Source of the DNA: a virus
Lineage: Duplodnaviria; Caudoviricetes
DNA length: 64,000 nt
Virus record (IMG/VR): IMGVR_UViG_3300012983_000031
Location: 96,001 to 160,000 of that record
Strand: one strand, 5' to 3'
Shown here in pieces: positions 43,135 through 50,528 of this stretch (positions are counted from its first letter, which is position 1; every line of letters begins with the position of its first letter). The position numbers were made by a program, and so were the translations under genes. Under the pieces are notes generated by a model. The model saw nothing but the letters and a program-made list of their open reading frames with translations, did not search any database and was not told where the DNA came from.

Positions 43135-43938
43135 ATGAAAATAATATCAAAATACAAGGATTTCTATGATTACCTGACACAGGATCATGACGCAGACCTG
43201 ATGTTCGTCAGAGATGTTAACGTGCATTATGAATATCTTGATGATATGTTCAGGAGAGATGGTGACAGGATACCATATTATTTCAAGGCATATGGATATT
43301 CAACATACTTCATGTCTAAAGAGAAAGAGGGTATGGTATATGTTGATCAATATATATTTGGTGTATATCCATATGTGTACTCTCAACCTGTAATAAGGGT
43401 GATGTATTCTGATGATAAAAATATGAACAAGTATCTGAAATTCATTGCACCAAATGAAATTATTGACGGATGCATTCAAAATGATAAAAATTCTATAAAA
43501 GAACTTGAATCTATTGCGCAGCAGGAAATTGACAATCTTGAACTTAATCATAAAGTTGTTGCCATTGTTCCAAACGAAATAGATAAAATCATCAAAAATA
43601 ATACGTGGAAGCATGAATGTAAGGATATTTTCTTCAAGCTTAGTTCGCCAGTGTTTACAAAATATTACAGAGACGTGTTTGAAAAGACAGTGTATGAAAA
43701 TGTAACAAAAGGTGACAGCATTAAAAATCCGATTCATTATATAAGCGGAATATGCTTTAATAAGCTGAATAAGAATATCACAAAGTATTGGTTTGATGAA
43801 CTTAATGATCTCAATACATATATAAATATAGAGAATTTTCTCTGGAGTTCGAAGCAGGAACCAATATCAAACCCCGATAACAACACAAAAATAGTGTCAC
43901 ATGGATTTGATTTGAAAACATCTTTCAGAAAAATGTGA
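43135..43938 (+). CDS. Hypothetical phage protein
   Basis: Start MKIISKYKDFYDY after a host-type promoter (43105-43112). Confidence 0.7.
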   Translation: MKIISKYKDFYDYLTQDHDADLMFVRDVNVHYEYLDDMFRRDGDRIPYYFKAYGYSTYFMSKEKEGMVYVDQYIFGVYPYVYSQPVIRVMYSDDKNMNKYLKFIAPNEIIDGCIQNDKNSIKELESIAQQEIDNLELNHKVVAIVPNEIDKIIKNNTWKHECKDIFFKLSSPVFTKYYRDVFEKTVYENVTKGDSIKNPIHYISGICFNKLNKNITKYWFDELNDLNTYINIENFLWSSKQEPISNPDNNTKIVSHGFDLKTSFRKM

Positions 43939-43977
43939 GATAAATATAAGGTACGAACAAAACAAAAACAATATACA

Positions 43978-44547
43978 ATGGCAAAAACTGTTAAGAAAAA
44001 TGAAGCTAAGGCAAAGGAAACTGCAGCACCAAAGAAAAGTGTTGTGGAAAATGTTGTTGCCGAAAGCAAACAGGACGAAAAGGTAATCAGCCTTGAGTCC
44101 GCAGAAAAGATTGAATCAACCGATGTATCGGAAATCATCAACAACGAAACAACTGAGGAATTTACAAACCTTAACACGGAAATCGTTGAAGAAGGAATCG
44201 TTAATCTTGAAGGTGAAACCAAAGACGAAAGTGAAACATTAAACGAAACAGAAGATACACAAAGTGAAACAACCGATGAATCATCAGATGATGATCAGCC
44301 ACAGGAAACACCAGTGGAGGAATACGCATCACTTCCAGAAGATATTTGGGTTGACGAACCTGTGACGTTAGATCCTACAATCTTTGAGAGAATCCCTGTG
44401 TATCCTATCACACCGAAATACACAGCGTGCCCTCCGACGGCGTTAACAAAAGTGTCACCTTCCGATACACCAAAATATAATGCACAATGTCCACCTAAGC
44501 CAGATACGGAAAAAGCAAAGTCATATGTTGCACAAAGACCGTATTAA
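43978..44547 (+). CDS. Acidic, low-complexity late protein
   Basis: E/T-rich, TPKY(T/N)AxCPP repeat twice, late-promoter motif at 43938. Confidence 0.65.
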   Translation: MAKTVKKNEAKAKETAAPKKSVVENVVAESKQDEKVISLESAEKIESTDVSEIINNETTEEFTNLNTEIVEEGIVNLEGETKDESETLNETEDTQSETTDESSDDDQPQETPVEEYASLPEDIWVDEPVTLDPTIFERIPVYPITPKYTACPPTALTKVSPSDTPKYNAQCPPKPDTEKAKSYVAQRPY

Positions 44548-44610
44548 TTGGCAAAAATAAAAAAAATAATGGTGGATCGTAAAAAATTCACCATTTTATT
44601 TTTCTATGTG

Positions 44611-44662
44611 AGAAAAAAGTTGTAACTTTGCAACAGATTTGAATAAATATAACGTTCTTTGA
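44611..44662 (+). promoter_or_regulatory. tRNA-operon promoter (TAACTTTG 44623-44630) plus boxA-like CGTTCTTTGA (44653-44662)
   Basis: Same arrangement upstream of the second tRNA cluster. Confidence 0.75.
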
Positions 44663-44674
44663 CAATGAAAACAT

Positions 44675-44748
44675 CGCGGGGTGGAGCAGTTGGTAGCTCG
44701 CCAGGCTCATAACCTGGAGGTCGCAGGTTCGATTCCTGCCCACCGCAA
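44675..44748 (+). tRNA. tRNA-Met(CAT), initiator-like
   Basis: CGCGGGG start, CCAGG-CTCATAA-CCTGG, GGTTCGATTCC; C1 unpaired, irregular acceptor stem. Confidence 0.85.
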
Positions 44749-44757
44749 CTAAGATGC

Positions 44758-44830
44758 GCCTCAATAGCACAGTGGCTAGTGCAGCTGATTTGTAATCAGC
44801 AGGTCGTTGGTTCGAATCCGACTTGAGGCT
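44758..44830 (+). tRNA. tRNA-Thr(TGT)
   Basis: Cloverleaf; GCTGA-TTTGTAA-TCAGC. Confidence 0.93.
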
Positions 44831-45098
44831 CAAATCCAAACTACCGAATGAGGATAATAATAAATTCGGCTGATATAGACGAAACTATCAGATGTAGCAT
44901 TAGCATCGGTTACTGGAACGAGTGGTGATCGTAAACAGATTAATAAACGTATAAGCCTGATGTGAATAACACAAAAGTTAGACGTGGGTGCAGTTTATGT
45001 TTCAAGAAAACGCTGAAATTGAAAGTCGTAACCAGCGATGTTGGTTTAATCTACTGCCCAGAACAACAAGATAAAAACTCAATACGATATCAGCACAC

Positions 45099-45173
45099 GG
45101 GGGATTAGCTCAGTTTGGCTAGAGCACCTGCTTTGCACGCAGGGGGTCATCGGTTCGAGTCCGATATCCTCCA
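45099..45173 (+). tRNA. tRNA-Ala(TGC)
   Basis: Cloverleaf with G3:U70. Confidence 0.95.
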
Positions 45174-45219
45174 CAAAATATGACAGTTTAGAGAAATTGT
45201 TCATTAATTTATGCATCAG

Positions 45220-45293
45220 TGTGTATTAGTTCAGCTGGTTAGAATGCCTGCCTGTCACGCAGGAGGTCACGGGTTCGAGTCCCGTATGCACAG
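45220..45293 (+). tRNA. tRNA-Asp(GTC)
   Basis: CCTGC-CTGTCAC-GCAGG. Confidence 0.93.
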
Positions 45294-45352
45294 CAAATCT
45301 TTGTCATTTTTGCCTACCTCGAAAAAGAGGATGACTTTTTTGACAAGAATAT

Positions 45353-45500
45353 GGAAGACATACAGCAAAACTTTGAATAAACTTCCTAGATTCAATTTTG
45401 TTTAACTATGGCAAAAACTTTAGTCTTCTGATTATTTAAGGCACGCGTACAGCAAAAAAACTTTTATTTTCATTTTGGGATCAAAAAAGTTTGCGTGCTG
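45353..45500 (+). ncRNA. Two tandem copies of an unannotated stem-RTACAGCAAAA-stem structured element
   Basis: GGAAGAC/GTCTTCT and GGCACGC/GCGTGCT closing stems; third copy at 50532-50589. Confidence 0.55.
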
Positions 45501-45505
45501 TTTTT

Positions 45506-45579
45506 AGGGTAGTATTTCAGTTGGTTAGAATTCTGCATTTGGGATGCAGAGGTCGCACGTTCGAGTCGTGTCTACCCTA
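45506..45579 (+). tRNA. tRNA-Pro(TGG)
   Basis: CTGCA-TTTGGGA-TGCAG. Confidence 0.92.
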
Positions 45580-45586
45580 CTACATC

Positions 45587-45682
45587 GGAGGGATAAGCCT
45601 AATTGGTAAGGCAGTGGTCTTGAAAACCACCAGTAATCAACTAAGACTTGATGTGTCGGTTCGAGTCCGACTCCCTCCTCCA
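45587..45682 (+). tRNA. tRNA-Ser(TGA)
   Basis: Long variable arm, encoded CCA. Confidence 0.9.
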
Positions 45683-45687
45683 GGAGA

Positions 45688-45778
45688 GGTGGGTTACCCA
45701 AGTTGGTGAAGGGGGGACATTGCTAACGTCCTAGGTCAGCTAATACCTGGCGCGGGGGTTCGAGTCCCTCACCCACCG
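45688..45778 (+). tRNA. tRNA-Ser(GCT)
   Basis: GGACA-TTGCTAA-CGTCC, long variable arm. Confidence 0.88.
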
Positions 45779-45868
45779 CAACAAAATAACAAACATATGA
45801 TGAACTTCATAAAACATAAGAAACAATAGTTCATCCGTAACCAGATGAGTTATGGATGAATGATTTAT

Positions 45869-45941
45869 GTATCCATAGCTCAGTAGGTAGAGCAACAGAC
45901 CTTTAATCTGTGGGTCGAGAGTTCGAGTCTCTCTGGATACA
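45869..45941 (+). tRNA. tRNA-Lys(TTT) with non-canonical C33
   Basis: ACAGA-CCTTTAA-TCTGT. Confidence 0.88.
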
Positions 45942-45962
45942 CAAAAGACACTAATGTGAAGC

Positions 45963-46943
45963 ATGAACAAAAATTCTACAATTCGTTCAGCACAGGTAAC
46001 AAAGAATGATGAGTTCTATACACAAACAAAAGATATTGAAAAGGAACTCCAATACTATGTAAAACATTTCAATGGAAAAATTGTTCTATGCAATTGTAAC
46101 GATGCAACGCATGATGGGTTTGCAAAGTATTTCAGCGCAAATTTTGAAAAGCTAGGTCTTAAGGAACTTATCTGCACATCATTTTCAAAGGATGGGCATG
46201 GTAGGATATATAGATATTATGGAATAAAAAACGGAAACATTGTTCCTGATATAGATGAATTGGAACAAACAGAAATGGAAGGAAACGGAGGGTTCAATAC
46301 AATTGAAGGAATTGAACTCATAAAGAAATCTGATATTATCGTAACAAACCCGCCATTCTCACTGTTTAGAGAATTTATATCCATCCTGGAGAAGTACAAT
46401 AAAAAATATCTTATCATGTCAAACGGAAACGCAGTGACATATAACGATATATTTCCGTTAATAAAGGATAATAAAATGTGGTTGGGTTGCACCCTTTTTG
46501 TTGGTGAAATGCCATTCTTCAGGGTGAATAATGACACAGACGTATCAAAGGGTGAATATTATTATGATGATGACGGGAACTTATATAAACAAGTTAACAG
46601 CATTGCGTGGTTTACAAATCTTGATCACAATAAAAGGCATAAACAAATTGAATTGTATAAAAAATATAACCCTGATGAATATCAGAAATATGACAATTAT
46701 GATGCAATAAATGTTGGAAAGACAAAAAATATTCCTATGGATTACGATGGTGTGATGGGTGTACCTATTACATTTTTGTCAAAGTATTGTCCAGAACAAT
46801 TTGAAATAGTTGATTGCAGAAATTATACATCTAATGATCATTTGAAAAATAAACCGTCATTGCTGATTAAAGATTCAGCAAGCGCAATAAACGGTAAACC
46901 TGTATATGCAAGAATAGCGATTAAACGAATTCCGAATAAATAA
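45963..46943 (+). CDS. Adenine-specific methyltransferase, M.EcoRI-like family (orphan)
   Basis: KNDEFYT, VLCNCND, VTNPPFSLFREF, YDGVMGVPITF. Confidence 0.88.
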   Translation: MNKNSTIRSAQVTKNDEFYTQTKDIEKELQYYVKHFNGKIVLCNCNDATHDGFAKYFSANFEKLGLKELICTSFSKDGHGRIYRYYGIKNGNIVPDIDELEQTEMEGNGGFNTIEGIELIKKSDIIVTNPPFSLFREFISILEKYNKKYLIMSNGNAVTYNDIFPLIKDNKMWLGCTLFVGEMPFFRVNNDTDVSKGEYYYDDDGNLYKQVNSIAWFTNLDHNKRHKQIELYKKYNPDEYQKYDNYDAINVGKTKNIPMDYDGVMGVPITFLSKYCPEQFEIVDCRNYTSNDHLKNKPSLLIKDSASAINGKPVYARIAIKRIPNK

Positions 46944-46961
46944 AAGAAAAAACAATATACT

Positions 46962-47186
46962 ATGAGCTGGTTTACTGAAAGCAACCGTAAAAAGCATTTC
47001 TTCTATGGCATCCCTGTTGGGTTCGTGTTTACGATCCTTTGCGCTCTTGGTGTTGCATCTGGAATGGAGTTTAAGGATAAGCTATATGGAAACAAATGGG
47101 ATTGGATTGACTGGTCGATGACAATGGCAGGAGGTCTTGTCGGACAGATTTTGCAGGCTGTTATTTTATACTTTATATTTAAGTAG
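46962..47186 (+). CDS. Small membrane protein
   Basis: KH...EFKDK...WDWIDW motif, hydrophobic segments. Confidence 0.75.
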   Translation: MSWFTESNRKKHFFYGIPVGFVFTILCALGVASGMEFKDKLYGNKWDWIDWSMTMAGGLVGQILQAVILYFIFK

Positions 47187-47328
47187 ATCGGAGCAGCAAA
47201 CATTCGAAATATACAATTGAACATTCAATGAAAGAAGCAAAAAATATAAAACAAAAATAGAATTTAAAGCATAAATGAGGGATGCCTTACGATATATAAT
47301 TTGAGAATTGGTGGCGATTTTGAAAAAC

Positions 47329-47359
47329 TACGGCTAATCAAAAAAAGAGCCGTATTTTT
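47329..47359 (+). terminator. Probable terminator upstream of the nuclease locus
   Basis: TACGGCT/AGCCGTA plus TTTTT. Confidence 0.55.
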
Positions 47360-47453
47360 GCAAAAAAAATAATCTAATGCTTATATAATGTACTAAACGA
47401 TAAAAATTTTTTCGTGTTTGAATTAATTTTTATCGTTTTTTCTTTTCTATGTC

Positions 47454-47480
47454 AAATAAAAGTTGTAACTTTGCAACATC
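47454..47480 (+). promoter_or_regulatory. Host-type promoter driving the TnpB/Cas12-like locus (TAACTTTG 47466-47473)
   Basis: AAATAAAAGTTGTAACTTTGCAAC. Confidence 0.8.
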
Positions 47481-47514
47481 AAACGAAATTAATAACTCAT
47501 AAATTAAAAAGAAT

Positions 47515-48789
47515 ATGGCTAATATCGCTGTCAAGTACAGAATATATCCTACCAAAGCACAAAGGAATTTTATTAATAAAAACATTGGTGCGAACAGATG
47601 GTTCTGGAACTATTGCATCGAGAAGAAGCAGAACGCTTATATTGAAAGCAAAAGAACAGGTGATAAAGCGTTGGCACGTATTGATGGTCAAACATTACGT
47701 GGTCATGTTAAAACATTAAAAGAAGAAGAAGAGACAAAATGGTTAAAGGATGTAAAGTTAAATTCCTTTAATTATGTTGTTGAACATTTTGATGAAGCAT
47801 ATAAAAGGTTTTTTGAAAAAAAAGCTGGAAAGCCAAAGAAGCATAAAAGAACAAGATCTGGCGCATTCACAACTCAAATTACTAAAGCTAGAAATATAGA
47901 AAATCTTATTGATTATAAGAATAATCGTATATATCTTGGTAAATTTATCAAAAACGAAAATGGTGAACCAGAACGTTTTGTAAAAGCCAAGATTCATAGA
48001 AAGGTTGATGGTACAATCATGAACATGACAATATCAAAAGATATTGATAATAGATACTATATATCTTTTTGTTTGAAGGTTGATGATTGGAAAAAGCCAA
48101 AGTCTCCAACATTAGATGGAACTATTGGTATAGATATGGGAATGTCAGAGGCTGGCGCTCTTTACGGATCTGATTTAAAAGTTAGATATGGATCTGATAA
48201 TATTGCTGGACTAACGGATAAAATAAACCGTATGGAAAGGCATTTAAAGAAATGGAGCAAAATAAAGTCAAAACGTTATAGCATTGAACGTAAGAAAAAA
48301 CGTACAGGGCAATCCAAAGGATATGTTGAAGCTGTTGAAAAATGTGCTGTTATACAATGCAAAATAAATCGTTTAAAATCTTATATAACTCATATGATGA
48401 CATCATCGATTGTGCATTGTGAGAATATTGATTCAATCGCAATAGAATCTTTGGATGTTAAAGAGATGATCGAGAAAAAGACAACAAACAATTTAAAAGA
48501 ACAAAAGGCTCGCAAGAGGAGAGCAAGAAGAAACCGCATCGTTCGTCTTGGCGAAATTTCCAGGCAACTTGAGTATAAAGCTGAAATAAATGGAAAGAAT
48601 TTTGTTAAAATTAATAAATGGTACCCATCTTCAAAAACATGTTCAGTGTGTGGATATAAAAATGATAATCTGAAATTAACTGACAGGTCTTGGGTTTGCC
48701 CTCACTGTCATACAGAACATCATAGAGATTTCAATGCTGCTGAAAATATTAAAAATGAAGGGTACAGGATGTTAACAAGTAAGAATTGA
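47515..48789 (+). CDS. tnpB: CRISPR-associated TnpB-like RNA-guided nuclease (miniature type V / Cas12-like effector)
   Basis: IS605 OrfB-type N-terminus (KYRIYPT...RWFWN), RuvC-I GIDMG (D207), RuvC-II IAIESL (E311), CSVCG/CPHC zinc finger, RuvC-III HRDFNAA (D405); adjacent to a CRISPR array. Confidence 0.92.
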   Translation: MANIAVKYRIYPTKAQRNFINKNIGANRWFWNYCIEKKQNAYIESKRTGDKALARIDGQTLRGHVKTLKEEEETKWLKDVKLNSFNYVVEHFDEAYKRFFEKKAGKPKKHKRTRSGAFTTQITKARNIENLIDYKNNRIYLGKFIKNENGEPERFVKAKIHRKVDGTIMNMTISKDIDNRYYISFCLKVDDWKKPKSPTLDGTIGIDMGMSEAGALYGSDLKVRYGSDNIAGLTDKINRMERHLKKWSKIKSKRYSIERKKKRTGQSKGYVEAVEKCAVIQCKINRLKSYITHMMTSSIVHCENIDSIAIESLDVKEMIEKKTTNNLKEQKARKRRARRNRIVRLGEISRQLEYKAEINGKNFVKINKWYPSSKTCSVCGYKNDNLKLTDRSWVCPHCHTEHHRDFNAAENIKNEGYRMLTSKN

Positions 48790-48799
48790 TCATAATATA

Positions 48800-49030
48800 A
48801 AACGTTGGTCGCGTTTCAGACCCTACCCGTGTGTAGCGGGAATGTAATGTCCGTGGACAGATTTGTCGATTTAATCGATTGAACTTTTGTTCAACAGTGG
48901 CGTTCTTGATACATTTGTAATCGTAGAATAGTTGCGGAATGTGATTTGAAGCGGAAAAAATGAAATGACATCGGTCATTTCACCAAGCAGAACGTAAGTT
49001 CTGTATACAATATTTCTCCATAGCTCTTTG
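48800..49030 (+). ncRNA. Putative tracrRNA / omega-RNA-derived scaffold
   Basis: Anti-repeat segments at 48915-48924 and 49008-49022; several hairpins, including a perfect 9-bp stem at 48961-48982. Confidence 0.6.
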
Positions 49031-49055
49031 ATATACACAATGTTATACAACATAA

Positions 49056-49532
49056 GCTGTTTATTATGGCGAAATGTTGGATGGTTACAACTTAAACCAC
49101 ATGAATGATGATGATCCAGCGCTGTTTATTATGGCGAAATGTTGGATGGTTACAACTACGGGACAGTTCAAGAGAATAAATGATGGCTGTTTATTATGGC
49201 GAAATGTTGGATGGTTACAACGATATTCATAAGGCTCCTTCCTGTTCTAAGCTGTTTATTGTGGCGAAATGTTGGATGGTTACAACCCTACGATCTTTAA
49301 GCCATCTTTCATTGATGCTGTTTATTGTGGCGAAATGTTGGATGGTTACAACAGACAGTTGCACCAGATGACTGTTTATTGTGGCGAAATGTTGGATGGT
49401 TACAACTAACCCATTCGCCTCCTTGATGACGAGCCAGCTGTTTATTATGGTGAAATGTTGGATGGTTACAACTAGGATTTCTCCCTTCAGATTCTTGCTG
49501 TTTATTGTGGCAAAATGTTGGATTGTTACAAC
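49056..49532 (+). CRISPR. CRISPR array, 8 repeats (36 nt) and 7 spacers
   Basis: Repeat GCTGTTTATTRTGGCGAAATGTTGGATGGTTACAAC at 49056, 49121, 49186, 49251, 49317, 49371, 49437, 49497; spacers 29, 29, 29, 30, 18, 30, 24 nt; repeats degenerate toward the distal end. Confidence 0.97.
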
Positions 49533-49576
49533 CAAAAATAAATATCAAAAGCCAAAAAACAAACCAATAAATTAAA

Positions 49577-49888
49577 ATGGCAGCTATTCAAGAAATTTTT
49601 AATGCAGCGTTTTGGTACATGGCACCAATTCTTGTTGCGCTTTCTACAACTGTTACGGGTCTTGTGAATCAATGGTTCAAAATCCCTGATAAGTTTAAGC
49701 AACTTGCATCCTGGATTGTGGGCGCAGTTCTTTCCTGTGGAGCAATCTTCTTTGGATTCCTTGGTGAAAGCATAGGATGGCCAAGTTACATTGCGTTAAG
49801 CATCGTCGTGGGTCTATCATCAAATGGTATCTATGACATTGAAGCTATTAAGAAAATTATAGATTCATGGTTTAATAAGAAGAAATAA
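49577..49888 (+). CDS. Holin-like membrane protein
   Basis: Three TM helices, GLSSNGIYD motif, basic C-terminus. Confidence 0.65.
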   Translation: MAAIQEIFNAAFWYMAPILVALSTTVTGLVNQWFKIPDKFKQLASWIVGAVLSCGAIFFGFLGESIGWPSYIALSIVVGLSSNGIYDIEAIKKIIDSWFNKKK

Positions 49889-49909
49889 TTTCATTCAATA
49901 ATAGCGTTT

Positions 49910-49946
49910 TCGATCCGTTGTCATCTTACAATGGGTCGATTTTTTT
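49910..49946 (+). terminator. Rho-independent terminator
   Basis: TCGATCCGTTGT/ACAATGGGTCGA plus T-tract. Confidence 0.75.
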
Positions 49947-50078
49947 ATTTTTTCGTTAAAATGTTTTTCTATGTCGAAAATAAGTTGTATCTTTGCAACG
50001 GAATTAAAAATAATTACAAAATGAATATCTCATATGTTCTTAGAGAGTTCAGATGTTACATTAATTGTAAGTTGAAAC

Positions 50079-50528
50079 ATGTTGGATATTGAGTTAACAA
50101 ATAAAACCTGCCAGGATTTTCTTGATCCTCAGCATGTGCATATGTTGCTGGATGCAGGTATTGACATGAGTGACGCTAAATATTGCGTTGTATCGCGTGA
50201 TGGAAAGCAATACGTTATGATGAAGGACAATGTTGATAAAACGCAATACAGCGAATGTTTGCCCACCTATTCGACCTCTGAGCTTTTATATAAGATTCCA
50301 GAATACCTATATATTGAAAAGAATGGGGAAGAATATTCAGGGGGATTCAAATTAAGCAAGGACGCTCCATTTTATCCAGCGTATTTTAGTTTACACAACA
50401 AAAATAAATCTATGTTTGATGAAAGCATACAGTGTTGTGCAGAGTATCCCATCCTGAGTCTTGCATATATATTGATACAATGTGTTAAACATGGTCATAA
50501 AATTGTGCAGGATATCAGTTCCAAATAA
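50079..50528 (+). CDS. Hypothetical protein
   Basis: 149-aa ORF after a host-type promoter (49988-49995). Confidence 0.7.
   Translation: MLDIELTNKTCQDFLDPQHVHMLLDAGIDMSDAKYCVVSRDGKQYVMMKDNVDKTQYSECLPTYSTSELLYKIPEYLYIEKNGEEYSGGFKLSKDAPFYPAYFSLHNKNKSMFDESIQCCAEYPILSLAYILIQCVKHGHKIVQDISSK

Noticed and set aside
44588-45970. ORFs overlapping the tRNA cluster (44588-44839, 45211-45405, 45491-45709, 45740-45970), and similarly 53083-53457 and 56758-56982
   Set aside because: They are shadow translations of tRNA or ncRNA sequence.
47190-49055. Active IS200/IS605 or IS607 insertion sequence
   Set aside because: No Y1 or serine transposase nearby. The gene has a standard phage promoter and is followed by a CRISPR array rather than a clear element end.
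49076-49091. Repeat reverse strand GTTGTAACCATCCAAC resembles the promoter word GTTGTAACTTTGCAAC (12/16)
   Set aside because: It lacks the essential TTTG of the -7 element, so an internal antisense promoter is unsupported and the match may be chance.
49180-49575. Short ORFs across the CRISPR array on both strands
   Set aside because: They are translations of the repeats (VVTIQHFATINS and similar), not genes.
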